From positions 672,001-736,000 of the forward strand of contig OY760074.1 in NCBI GenBank assembly GCA_963663035.1: a DNA stretch of 64,000 nt, given 5' to 3'. The position numbers and the translations under genes are program-made. This document shows positions 19,793-29,681 of the stretch, in pieces. Every line of letters starts with the position of its first letter. Position 1 is the first letter of the stretch. The notes under the pieces are model-generated. The model saw only the letters and a program-made list of their open reading frames with translations. It had not been told where the DNA came from and ran no database searches. The stretch comes from Acidobacteriota bacterium (GTDB lineage: Bacteria > Acidobacteriota > UBA6911 > RPQK01 > JADFOI01).

Positions 19793-22700
19793 CTAGCCGT
19801 CTCGAACATCTTTCTTCCCGACTCTGAAGTTCAGTTCCACCTGGGTTGGCGCAATGTGAGGCAGGTCGATTACACTCTCTACAAGGTAAATCTCACTGAC
19901 CATATTCGTTTCCAAGCGGAGGGTAGAGGGTGGCTGGATGCCATCACTGCACCCCGACAGGCGCTCACCCGGTCCTGGTCCTATCAGACTGAAGATAGCG
20001 GGAACCACAAACCGGGGAACAGGTCATTGGAGGTGGAAGAGAAACTGCCGGTGGGTGCCTACTTGCTGGTTGCCTCCGCCAACGGGAAGACGGCCAGGGA
20101 GGTGATTCTGGTCACCGATACTTCTCTGGTTCTGAAAACGCAGGGCACACAAGCCCTGGTCTATTACTGCAACGCTCTGGACGGATCACCCATCGCCAGG
20201 GCAAGGGTCCATCTCTGGCAATACTCCAGCCAGAGGGAGATCTGGCAAAGCTGGGAGATGACAACCAATGCAGAGGGGATCGCCGTTTTCGATCTGGCTG
20301 AAACCTCAGCCGGATGGCAGGCCTTCGCTTTCGCCGCCTTGGGTGACCGTCAGGCTTTCAGTGTTGGCCACACTCCCTACTACTCCAGTGATCAGCAATG
20401 GCGTATCTACGCCTTTACCGACCGGCCGGCCTACCGGCCCGGGGAGACGATGGACTGGAAGATGGTGGCCCGCCGCGAAAAGGACTTTCGCCTCTCGACC
20501 CCTTCTCAAGAGGTCGTTGAATTCCAAATCAACGATCCCCAGGGGGCAGAGGTGCAAAAGTCGACGATCACTCTCAATGCTTTCGGCAGTGCCTGGGGGT
20601 CGCTTGAATTGACCGAAGCGATGCCTCTTGGGGAATACAACATTCAATTTTGGGAAGAGGGCAGAGGGAAGTGGATCGGCAGTGCCAAGCTGTTTCGCCT
20701 GGAAGAATACAAGTTACCCGAATTTCAGGTCAGCATTGAGACGCCGGAAGAGAATGGCAAAAAGAGAGTCTTTCGCTTGGGAGAGACGGTAGAAGTCGCT
20801 CTCCAGGTGGACTACTATTTTGGATCCCCGGTGGCCCAGGCTGAGGTGGAAGTCCTGATTTATCAGAGACCCTTTTACCAGCAGTGGCGACCCCAGCGAG
20901 AGTACCCCTGGTTCTATGGCGAATCCTCACTGGCTGGGGGCTACTATGGCGGTGGGAGAGGACAAGTTATTCGCCGTGAGCAGATCCAAACGGATGTTGA
21001 TGGCAGGGCATTGCTCTCCTTTGAAACCCCCACCAATAGTAATCAGAATCAGGAATATGAAATCGAGGCTCGTGTCCGGGACTCCTCCCGTCGTGAGGTC
21101 ATGGGGAGAGGCACGGTGCGGGTCACCCGCCAAGCCTACTTCGCCTATTTGCACCCGCTCCACAGTCTCTACCGTCCTCAGGACACTGTTGAGGTCGATA
21201 TCAAGTCCCTGGATGCCAATAATCAGCCGGTCCAGGCCCAGGGTTCCGTCCAAGTACAGCGCAGCTTCTGGGAGGAGATATGGATTGACCCGAATGGGCG
21301 CCAGGTGGAAGGAGAGAGACTCAGAAACCTTCAAGCTGAGTTGGCTGTCTTTCCGCCGCCGGTTTCCTCTGGCCAAGGCTGGCAACTCAAGCATCGGGGC
21401 TATGAATACGAAGATATCCTGACACGAACGGTGAGCACCGACCCGCAGGGAGAGGCCCAACTCCGTTTCTCTCCCCAACAGGAAGGGTACTACCGGATCT
21501 TGTGGACGAGCGACGAAAGATCTAACGGTTCCATACGTGCCGAGACCAGTGTATGGGTGGCAACCGGTGGAACGACGGAACTGGGATACCGTCACGGGGG
21601 ATTGGAGATTATTCTGGACAAGGATACTTTCCGCGTCGGCCAGAGCGCTCCCGTGATGCTGACCAGTTCAACCAGCAACCGATACGTCCTCTTTAGTCTG
21701 GAGGCGGAAGATCTCTACAGCTACCAGCTGGTCCATGTGAGCGGGACGGCCAAGCTCATTGAAGTGCCCATTGAGGAGGAACATGTCCCCAACCTCTTTC
21801 TCAGCGCCGTGATGGTCAGTGATCGACAGATTTTCATGGACATCAAGGAGGTCATCGTTCCTCCGGTGGAACACTTTCTCCAGGTGAGCGTCCAGACAGA
21901 CAGGGAGGAGTATGGGCCGCGCCAGCCGGGACGGATCACCATCACAACGACCGACAGCCAGGGCAATCCTGTATCGACGGAAGTGGCTGTTGGAACAGTG
22001 GATGAATCCGTTTACGCCATCCAGGGCGAGTATGCTTCCGATCCTCGCCAGTTCTTCTATGGCAGAAAGCACCAGCGCCTGGTTCAGACCACCAGTTCCT
22101 TTCAACAAAAGAGTTATTTGCGCCTGGTGAAGGGACCCGAGGACGGGCTCATTGACGAAAGAGCGGAAGGGAACCGAGATGACGCGCCTGCAGGTGATGT
22201 TGCGGGAGGTTTTAGAGGCGGTGTGATGAGGAATCGTCTTCAAGCGGAAAGTTCTATGGACTTCGCCGAAAATTCTGTTGGAATGGAAGCGCCGATGGCG
22301 AGCAAGTCCATGGCAGCTCCCTCGGAGGCCTTAGCTCAAGGGCAGAGTGGGGACAGCTCTAACGTACAAGTCCGGAGCGACTTTCGGGCCACGGCCTTGT
22401 GGCGATCCCATCTTCTGACCGGTCCCGACGGCAAGGTCGAGGTGAACATGAAGTTTCCCGACTCCTTGACCAGCTGGCGCACCACGGTGCGTGCTGTTGG
22501 GCGGGACAGCACTTTTGGTTTGGCCACAACCGAAGTCCGGACCAACCAGCCGCTGATTGCGCGTCTACAGGCCCCTCGCTTCTTTGTGGTGGGCGATCAG
22601 GTCACCCTTTCGGCCGTGATCCATAACAATACCAAAGAGCCTCTGGAGACCCGGACCCGCCTGGAGGCGGAGGGACTTCAGATCCTGGGTCTGCTGCGTG

Positions 22701-24709
22701 ACGGCCGGATCGTCGAGGACCAGACCGCTTCCCTTCGGGTGGAAGCCGGAGGCCAGGAGCGACTGAACTGGATTGCTTCGGTTCGGGAGGCAGGCGAGGC
22801 CCGGCTCAGTGTGGTGGCGCGCGCTGACCAATATGCCGATGCCATGGAGAAAACCTATCTTGTGCACGAACATGGGATTGAGAAGTTCCTGTCACGAGCC
22901 GGTAAAATGCGCTCACAGGACTTGACCGTCCATCTGAGCCTCCCCGACCAGCGCAAGACAGAAACAACCTCTGTGAGCGTTCAATTGACACCCAGTCTGG
23001 CTGTGACCATGCTCGATGCTCTTCCCTATTTGATCGACTACCCGTATGGGTGCACCGAGCAGACCATGAGCCGCTTTCTGCCCGCTGCCATTACCGCCCG
23101 GACCTTACAGAATCTGGGGCTGGAACGCGATGCTATTCTCAACAGAAGCTTCGGTGGAATCGTCCAGGAGCACGCCTCCGAAACTCATCCTGGGGGTGCC
23201 AGAAACCTCCTGGAATTGGACGATATGATCCAACAGGGTCTCACACGACTCTACGACTTCCAGCACCCGGATGGAGGCTGGGGCTGGTGGAAAGAGGGCG
23301 ACACCGATCACTTCATGACCGCTTATGTGGTCTGGGGGTTGTCGTTGGGTCAGGAGGCCGGAATTGAGGTCAGATCCGATGTGCTCAGCCGTGGGGTGGA
23401 GTACCTGGACAAGGAGATCGTGGAAGCCGAAACCCAGTCTGACCTGCAAGCCTGGATGTTGCACGCCCTGTCCACCTCTCATCAAATCATGCAAACAGGC
23501 AGACCAAGCCCCTTTCAAGTCAGAGCCTTCGACAATCTCTGGAACAAACGGGATGGTCTCAACGCCTACACGCGTGCGTTGCTGGCGCTGAGTGCTCACC
23601 ATTACGGCTATCAGGAGCGGGCCCTGATTTTGGTTCGGAATCTCGAAAATGGAGTGAAAATCGACGACTCTCCGGAGAGTTCGGTGCTGATACCCCAGCA
23701 AGGACAGGCAGGGGAAGAAAGCCTTTCCACCGCCCACTGGGGAGAAGATGGGATCTTCTGGCGCTGGTCTGAAGGGGGCGTGGAAGCAACCGCCTTTGCG
23801 TTGAAGGCCCTGCTGAAGATTGACCCGGCAAACAAGCTGATCGAGCCGGTGACCCATTGGCTCATCAAGAACCGCCGCGGAGCCCAGTGGACGAATACTC
23901 GGGATACCGCCATCGTGATTCTAGCCATGAATGACTACCTGCGCGAGAGCGGGGAGTTAGAGGCCGAGGTGGAGTACGAAGTGCTTGTCAATGACCAGCT
24001 TGTGGCCAGCAGAAGAGTAACACCCGAGAATGTTCTCAGTGCTCCCAGCCGATTCACCATTGATCCGGAGTTCATTCACAGCGGAGACAACGAAATTCGC
24101 ATCCTGAAGACATCCGGGCAGTCCCCCCTCTACTTTGCCGTACAGGCCCAGTTTTTTAGTCTCGAGGAACCCGTGGCAGCGGCAGGCAATGAAATTTTTG
24201 TCGATCGGCGTTACTACAAGCTGGTTCCTCAGCAAACCCTGCTCAACGGCTACATCCACGAAAAACAGCCTCTGGAGGATGGAGAACACGTTGTCAGTGG
24301 GGAACGCGTCGAGGTGGTGATGACCATTGAGGCCAAAAACAACTTCGAGTATCTGGTCTTCGAAGATCTGAAGCCGGCTGGTCTGGAAGCCGTGGCAGTC
24401 AAGAGTGGCGGACCTCTTTATGCGAAGGAACTCAAATCGGGCGCAGTGAAAACCCTCTCTGAGGCCCAGGAGAGGGATGCCTCTGATTACACGGGTCGAA
24501 ATCGCTGGGTCTACCAGGAACTTCGCGATCGCAAGGTGGCGTTTTTTATCGACAAGCTTCCCCAGAGGGTGTGGGAGATTCGCTACCAGCTTCGGGCCGA
24601 GGTTCCGGGTCACTTCCATGCCTTGCCGGTGCTTGGGCATGCCATGTATGTCCCCGAGATTCGGTGCAGTGGCGAGGAAATCCGGATCGATGTGCTTGAC
24701 CAAGAGTGA
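19787..24709 (+). CDS. Alpha-2-macroglobulin family protein, separated from its native start by IS1380
   Basis: FTDRPAYRPGE, EEYKLPEF, YPYGCTEQ thioester motif, DGGWGWW, HAMYVPE. No signal peptide in this ORF. Confidence 0.9.
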   Translation: MRLAVSNIFLPDSEVQFHLGWRNVRQVDYTLYKVNLTDHIRFQAEGRGWLDAITAPRQALTRSWSYQTEDSGNHKPGNRSLEVEEKLPVGAYLLVASANGKTAREVILVTDTSLVLKTQGTQALVYYCNALDGSPIARARVHLWQYSSQREIWQSWEMTTNAEGIAVFDLAETSAGWQAFAFAALGDRQAFSVGHTPYYSSDQQWRIYAFTDRPAYRPGETMDWKMVARREKDFRLSTPSQEVVEFQINDPQGAEVQKSTITLNAFGSAWGSLELTEAMPLGEYNIQFWEEGRGKWIGSAKLFRLEEYKLPEFQVSIETPEENGKKRVFRLGETVEVALQVDYYFGSPVAQAEVEVLIYQRPFYQQWRPQREYPWFYGESSLAGGYYGGGRGQVIRREQIQTDVDGRALLSFETPTNSNQNQEYEIEARVRDSSRREVMGRGTVRVTRQAYFAYLHPLHSLYRPQDTVEVDIKSLDANNQPVQAQGSVQVQRSFWEEIWIDPNGRQVEGERLRNLQAELAVFPPPVSSGQGWQLKHRGYEYEDILTRTVSTDPQGEAQLRFSPQQEGYYRILWTSDERSNGSIRAETSVWVATGGTTELGYRHGGLEIILDKDTFRVGQSAPVMLTSSTSNRYVLFSLEAEDLYSYQLVHVSGTAKLIEVPIEEEHVPNLFLSAVMVSDRQIFMDIKEVIVPPVEHFLQVSVQTDREEYGPRQPGRITITTTDSQGNPVSTEVAVGTVDESVYAIQGEYASDPRQFFYGRKHQRLVQTTSSFQQKSYLRLVKGPEDGLIDERAEGNRDDAPAGDVAGGFRGGVMRNRLQAESSMDFAENSVGMEAPMASKSMAAPSEALAQGQSGDSSNVQVRSDFRATALWRSHLLTGPDGKVEVNMKFPDSLTSWRTTVRAVGRDSTFGLATTEVRTNQPLIARLQAPRFFVVGDQVTLSAVIHNNTKEPLETRTRLEAEGLQILGLLRDGRIVEDQTASLRVEAGGQERLNWIASVREAGEARLSVVARADQYADAMEKTYLVHEHGIEKFLSRAGKMRSQDLTVHLSLPDQRKTETTSVSVQLTPSLAVTMLDALPYLIDYPYGCTEQTMSRFLPAAITARTLQNLGLERDAILNRSFGGIVQEHASETHPGGARNLLELDDMIQQGLTRLYDFQHPDGGWGWWKEGDTDHFMTAYVVWGLSLGQEAGIEVRSDVLSRGVEYLDKEIVEAETQSDLQAWMLHALSTSHQIMQTGRPSPFQVRAFDNLWNKRDGLNAYTRALLALSAHHYGYQERALILVRNLENGVKIDDSPESSVLIPQQGQAGEESLSTAHWGEDGIFWRWSEGGVEATAFALKALLKIDPANKLIEPVTHWLIKNRRGAQWTNTRDTAIVILAMNDYLRESGELEAEVEYEVLVNDQLVASRRVTPENVLSAPSRFTIDPEFIHSGDNEIRILKTSGQSPLYFAVQAQFFSLEEPVAAAGNEIFVDRRYYKLVPQQTLLNGYIHEKQPLEDGEHVVSGERVEVVMTIEAKNNFEYLVFEDLKPAGLEAVAVKSGGPLYAKELKSGAVKTLSEAQERDASDYTGRNRWVYQELRDRKVAFFIDKLPQRVWEIRYQLRAEVPGHFHALPVLGHAMYVPEIRCSGEEIRIDVLDQE

Positions 24710-24815
24710 TAGACATCACCGCAACTGCCTGGAGAAATTGCCACAATACTGATCAAATCTCCGAGCTTTTTGGCTACAGCCTAAAACGTTGATGAAAGGG
24801 TGCATCATGGACAAG

Positions 24816-25075
24816 CCCGAATTATGCATAGGTTCTTGTCACGAAGCGACGAAAGCGCCGGAAAACAGAGCCGTGGGCTTTAGCCCACGGGGCCCGCAGG
24901 CTAAAGCCTGCGGCTCCGACTGGCGCTCGAGGGGTACCCGTCACGGGTCGGCCCCCGCAAACGTACTCTTGAGTACGTTGAGGATGGCCGAGGGGTACCC
25001 GCTTGTGCGGGTCGCGCAACGCTGGCAGGGCGGATGATTTCGTCGCTGCAGTAGAGAATTTATGCATAATCCGGG
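24816..25075. mobile_element. MITE copy 2 (type-A ends, with REP doublet)
   Basis: Ends CCCGAATTATGCATAG ... TTATGCATAATCCGGG; shared core. Confidence 0.85.
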
Positions 25076-25096
25076 CTAAAGGGGGTATGGTGTCCT

Positions 25097-25531
25097 ATGA
25101 AAGATAAAAGAGGGTTTAGTTTAGTCGAATTGTTGATAGTGGTTGCGGTCATCGGGATAATCGCTGCCTTCGCTGTTCCCAATCTTGTTCGATCCAAAAG
25201 TGCAGCCCGTGAAGCGGCAGCAATCAGTGCCGTGCGCAGCCTGGTGAACGCTCAAGCGACCTATATCTCAACCAAGAACTCCGGCACTTTTGCCGCCGAC
25301 CTGAGCATACTCGAGGCAACTGGATTGATCGACAGCGTCCTGGCATCAGGAACCATAGATGCTTATTCGCTTTCGGTTTCTGGGGATAACAGTGGATACG
25401 AGATCAATGCCAGACCTCTGGGTTACGGTTCTTCGGCTACTCGTAGTTTCTACAGTGATGAGTCCGGCGTGATCCGCTATAACACAGCCGATGCTGCGGC
25501 AACCGCAGGTAGTCCAGGTTTGGGCCAGTAG
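25097..25531 (+). CDS. Type IV pilin
   Basis: RG|FSLVELLIVVAVIGIIAAFAVPNL, and RSFYSDESGVIRY near the C-terminus. Confidence 0.9.
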   Translation: MKDKRGFSLVELLIVVAVIGIIAAFAVPNLVRSKSAAREAAAISAVRSLVNAQATYISTKNSGTFAADLSILEATGLIDSVLASGTIDAYSLSVSGDNSGYEINARPLGYGSSATRSFYSDESGVIRYNTADAAATAGSPGLGQ

Positions 25532-25546
25532 TTAGACAGTAGACAC

Positions 25547-25966
25547 TCAGCTGATTTCAAAGCGACGGGTGTCCGCCTTCGAATTCAGGAAGATCCGAAT
25601 CTTCACGGGATTTTCCGCTTCCAGCAACAACTTCTCCGCCCACTCGATAATGACAATGGAATGGCTGCCAAGGATCTCCTCCAGACCAAGGGAATAGAGA
25701 TCCCGTAGACCTTCAAGCCGGAAGAAATCGAGGTGGTAAATGGTGCCTTCTTTGCCAACATATTGATTGACGAGGGTAAAGGAAGGACTGTGCACCGCAT
25801 TGGGATCCTGTACCCCCAGGCCCTGGGCCAACCCTCGCACAAGAACTGTCTTGCCCGACCCGAGTTCACCGTACAGTAAGATCACCTGAGGTGGATGAAG
25901 CTCTCTGCCAATCTTTTCGCCAATCTGAAGAGTCTCCTGCTCACTGTGGGAGTATTCGATCTCCAT
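25547..25966 (-). CDS. tsaE: tRNA t6A biosynthesis ATPase TsaE
   Basis: GELGSGKT, SPSFTLVNQY, YHLDFFRL, IEWAE. Confidence 0.95.
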   Translation of the reverse strand: MEIEYSHSEQETLQIGEKIGRELHPPQVILLYGELGSGKTVLVRGLAQGLGVQDPNAVHSPSFTLVNQYVGKEGTIYHLDFFRLEGLRDLYSLGLEEILGSHSIVIIEWAEKLLLEAENPVKIRIFLNSKADTRRFEIS

Positions 25967-27552
25967 CAGGAGCTTTCTTCGGCCAGCTCTTGGTAAGCCT
26001 GGCCGAAATGAGCCGTCACATCACCAGCCGTCAGGGCTTGAGAACCGACGCGCTCAGCTGCCAGGTCGCCCGCTAGGGAGTGCAGATAGACCCCCACCTG
26101 GACCGCCCTGGAGATCTCATCGGGTGCAGTCATACCTCGAGCCGCAAACATCCCTAACAGGGAGGTAATGGCACCTGTTAAGACGTCGCCCATACCTGCG
26201 GTGGCCATGCCAGGATTACCCAGTGGACAGACAAAGACCTGTCCAGCCGGTTCTGCGATGAGTGTTCGAAAACTCTTCAGGACCACCCAAACCCCTCTCT
26301 CCTGGGCGAACTGGCGGGCAAGCTCTACCTTTTGCGAGAGAATTTCCTTGATGGGGCGACCAATGAGACGGGCGAACTCTCCAGTGTGAGGAGTGAGAAT
26401 CAGCGGCTGGTCGGTGTCGTTTTTCAACTTTTCCGTATCATTCTCGAAGGCGTTCAAGGCATCGGCATCCAGCAGTAGTGGAACGGTGGCCTGGCGCACC
26501 ACCTCATGAACAAATTGGACCGTTTCCTTTTCTCGGCCGAGTCCTGGTCCGATTCCGGCTGCGTCTTTATCCTGAAGAAGCTCGAGTAAAGGATCTGCAG
26601 CTGTGGATGCAAAGGTCCCTTGTGGCGTTGAAGGAAGACCCTTTGTCATGAGTTCGGCCTGGAATGATGCGACCACATCTTGGATGACCTCTGGTGTGCA
26701 GATGGTGATCAGGCCGGAACCAGTCCGAAGGGCAGCTCTTCCACTGAGGACCGCTGCTCCGGACATCCCACGACTTCCTGAAACGATCACGACATGTCCA
26801 AAATGCCCCTTATGCGAGCTGATCTCCCGTCGAGGAAGGTGAGAACGAATCTGCTCGCGGGTGATGAGGTTAAGATAGTATTCCGGTTTCTCGAGGAGTT
26901 CTGAGGGGCTGCCTATGGGGACGATATGCAGTTCGCCGATAGCCGCCTGATCTTCATTGAGAATGTGTGCCAGCTTAGGAGCGGTGAAGGTGACTGTGGC
27001 CTTGGATTGAACTGTTTGCGTCCCTCCTGTCAATGAGTCGGAAAACATCCCTGACGGAATGTCCACCGAGAGGACAAAGGCATTGCTGCTGTTGATTGTT
27101 GAAACGACCTTTGAGTAGAGGCCAGAGAGCGGTTTGGAGATCCCGGTTCCCAGAAGAGCATCCACGACGATGTGATAGCCGCTGAAGTTCTCGCTGATCC
27201 TCTCCCAGCTTTTTGAATCAGTGATTTCGATGACCGATTTCCCCGATTTCAAGTAGGCATCCAGGTTGACCCGTGCGTCGCCGGAAACATCCGTCACCTG
27301 GCTGAGCAGGTAAACGTCCGGGTCGATTTTGCGCTTGACGAGGTGACGAGCGAGGACGATTCCATCTCCGCCATTGTTTCCCTTTCCGCAGATAATGGCG
27401 ATGAGGCGGGAGTCCAGATCGTCGAAATACTGCTCCAGTGTCCTATAGAGCTTCAGGCCTGCGTTTTCCATCAGCGACAAACTGGGAATGTCGTACTGTT
27501 CGCTGGTGAACTGGTCTACCTGATTTATCTGTTTGGCGGTGAGGATCTTCAT
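25966..27552 (-). CDS. nnr: Bifunctional NAD(P)H-hydrate epimerase/dehydratase
   Basis: LMENAG, GKGNNGGDG, VDIPSG, GPGLG, LTPHTGEF, TAGMGDVLTG. Confidence 0.95.
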   Translation of the reverse strand: MKILTAKQINQVDQFTSEQYDIPSLSLMENAGLKLYRTLEQYFDDLDSRLIAIICGKGNNGGDGIVLARHLVKRKIDPDVYLLSQVTDVSGDARVNLDAYLKSGKSVIEITDSKSWERISENFSGYHIVVDALLGTGISKPLSGLYSKVVSTINSSNAFVLSVDIPSGMFSDSLTGGTQTVQSKATVTFTAPKLAHILNEDQAAIGELHIVPIGSPSELLEKPEYYLNLITREQIRSHLPRREISSHKGHFGHVVIVSGSRGMSGAAVLSGRAALRTGSGLITICTPEVIQDVVASFQAELMTKGLPSTPQGTFASTAADPLLELLQDKDAAGIGPGLGREKETVQFVHEVVRQATVPLLLDADALNAFENDTEKLKNDTDQPLILTPHTGEFARLIGRPIKEILSQKVELARQFAQERGVWVVLKSFRTLIAEPAGQVFVCPLGNPGMATAGMGDVLTGAITSLLGMFAARGMTAPDEISRAVQVGVYLHSLAGDLAAERVGSQALTAGDVTAHFGQAYQELAEESS

Positions 27553-27694
27553 TGTGAGAAGTGGGTGTGGGTCGATTAGCTTATGTGTGTTGATTTTCCA
27601 ACGATATCACCGAAAAGATTATCAGACAGTAGACGTGAAGAAAAGATTGAGGTACGGTATACTGAATATTGTAGCCAACCGGGAGAAAGGCCAA

Positions 27695-28714
27695 ATGAAG
27701 CGAAAAGCAATGGGGGCAGTCAGCTTCCTACTTCTTCTGCTGTTTCTATTTCCACTCGACGTCTTGGGCGAACGGAAACACGGCGACGTGGAGGATATCG
27801 GCAATCGCGAAATCAACGGCAGGGTGGCCTGGATTTTCCCCAATTTCGTCTCCCTGGAAAAGGAAATTCAGCTGGGAGCTCAGCTGGCTATGGAAATGGA
27901 CCGGACGGCCCGTTTTGTTGAGGATCCTGTCGTGGTGGAGTACATCGAGCAACTCTCTCAGGAGATCGTCAAGCACTCGGATGCCAAGGTTCCATTTGTG
28001 GTGAAGGTGGTTGACACGGATGAAGTCAATGCCTTTGCGTTCCCCGGAGGGTATTTCTACGTCAACAAGGGGCTGATCCTGGAAGCTGAAAGTGAGTCAG
28101 AATTGGCAGGGGTCCTGGCTCATGAGATTGCACATGTGACCGCCCGTCACTATGCGGAAGCCGCTACCAAGAGTCAGTTGCTGCAGTATGCGACGATTCC
28201 TGTGCTTTTCGTCGGTGGCGGTTGGGCCCAGTATGGACTTTACACGGGATTGGGACTGGGAATGGACCTGGCGTTGCTCGGAGTCACTCGAAAATCGGAG
28301 GCGGAAGCCGATCAGCTGGGCACCCAGTACCTGTGGAATACTGACTATGATCCCAATGCCTTCATCACTTTCTTTGAGAAATTGCAGGCCAAGGAAAAAG
28401 AGAAACCAGGAAAGTTCGCAGGCTTCTGGAGGACTCATCCCAGCCTTGAAGATCGAATTGAGAAGGTCCAGGAGGAAATCTCCTACCTTCCTGGTAAGGA
28501 CGAATATATTCTCAATGGATCTCAGTTCGAGCGTGCCAAGGCCCGCCTCATTGAAATCGATAACGGTTTACTCCTTTCCGGTTCATCTTCCGGTAGCGGT
28601 GCAGCCAAAAGACCCACACTCAAGCGCAGGACCAATCGGGACAGCCAAGATGAAGGGGAAGAACCGACTCTGGAGAAAGATCGACCCACTCTCAAGCGAC
28701 CAGAGGAAGGGTAA
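27695..28714 (+). CDS. M48 family zinc metalloprotease, secreted
   Basis: VNAFAFPGG, AHEIAH, EAEAD, THP. Start placed at ATG 27695, ahead of the signal peptide. Confidence 0.9.
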   Translation: MKRKAMGAVSFLLLLLFLFPLDVLGERKHGDVEDIGNREINGRVAWIFPNFVSLEKEIQLGAQLAMEMDRTARFVEDPVVVEYIEQLSQEIVKHSDAKVPFVVKVVDTDEVNAFAFPGGYFYVNKGLILEAESESELAGVLAHEIAHVTARHYAEAATKSQLLQYATIPVLFVGGGWAQYGLYTGLGLGMDLALLGVTRKSEAEADQLGTQYLWNTDYDPNAFITFFEKLQAKEKEKPGKFAGFWRTHPSLEDRIEKVQEEISYLPGKDEYILNGSQFERAKARLIEIDNGLLLSGSSSGSGAAKRPTLKRRTNRDSQDEGEEPTLEKDRPTLKRPEEG

Positions 28715-28835
28715 ACGCTGACCGCCGCCGGCCGAAGGCCGACGGAAATTCCAAACCTGGATCCTGGAACGCGCGCGAAGCGCGCCTCCTGACTCCTGTC
28801 TCCTGCCCCCTGCCTTCTCAAGGTATAATCTTACG

Positions 28836-29648
28836 ATGTTTCTTGTTGAGGGGTTTTTCATCGCCTTCGGGTTGGCTGTGGGCAGCTTCCTCAATGTTTG
28901 TATCTACCGAATTCCTCGGGGTCAGTCAGTGCTTTTCCCCAGGTCGAACTGCCGAAAGTGCGATCATCCCATCAGACCCTGGGAGAATATCCCCCTCCTC
29001 AGTTATCTTCTCTTGCGTGGAAAATGCAGCCAGTGCGGTTGTCGCATTTCCTGGGTTTATCCGACCGTGGAAGTCATTACCGGTCTACTCTTTTACCTTT
29101 TACTTTTGAAGTACGGATTTCACACTCCGCTATTCATCAACATGGTCTTTTTTAGCCTTCTTTTGATCTTACTCTTCGTGGACCTCTTTGAAAGGCTGCT
29201 CCCCAATGTCATAACTCTGGGTGGTCTGGCCTTTGGACTGGTAGTGGCCCCTCTGCAGTCCGAGGAGTTCTTGGGCGCCTTTCGCTTGCTGGATCTCCCC
29301 AATGTGGTGTGGTTTCAATATATCGATTCAATACTCGGTATCTTAGTGGGAGGAGGCTTCCTTTGGCTGGTCGCGGAGCTGTACTTTAGAGTCAAGAAAG
29401 TGGAAGGGATGGGCTTTGGTGATATCAAGATGATGGCTATGGTGGGGGCCTTTCTGGGATGGGCTTATACCTGGCTAACGATACTCCTGGGGTCGCTGCT
29501 GGGAGCATTGATCGGATCACTCTACATGTTTGTTTTTCGAAAAGGGCGCAAGTATCAGCTGCCCTTCGGAAGCTTTCTGGCCGTGGGTGCTATTGCCAGC
29601 ACCCTTTGGGGGCGGAAACTGCTCACTTTCTACCTCACGCAGTTTTAA
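28836..29648 (+). CDS. pilD: Prepilin peptidase/N-methyltransferase
   Basis: GSFLNVCIYRIP, two CxxC motifs, GMGFGDIKM, PFGSFL. Confidence 0.93.
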   Translation: MFLVEGFFIAFGLAVGSFLNVCIYRIPRGQSVLFPRSNCRKCDHPIRPWENIPLLSYLLLRGKCSQCGCRISWVYPTVEVITGLLFYLLLLKYGFHTPLFINMVFFSLLLILLFVDLFERLLPNVITLGGLAFGLVVAPLQSEEFLGAFRLLDLPNVVWFQYIDSILGILVGGGFLWLVAELYFRVKKVEGMGFGDIKMMAMVGAFLGWAYTWLTILLGSLLGALIGSLYMFVFRKGRKYQLPFGSFLAVGAIASTLWGRKLLTFYLTQF

Positions 29649-29649
29649 G

Positions 29650-29681
29650 AGAGGAGTCAGGAGTCAGGAGTCAGGAGGCAG
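29650..29681. repeat. Heptamer array (GGAGTCA)x3 GGAGGCA at the 3' end of the four-helix-bundle gene
   Basis: Read directly from the sequence; opposite orientation to the 30034-30187 array. Confidence 0.85.

Noticed and set aside
24789-25067. Small ORFs with ENRAVGFSPR / KPAAPTG motifs (also near 38656 and 51456)
   Set aside because: They are translations of MITE copies in inconsistent frames, with no shared start or stop.
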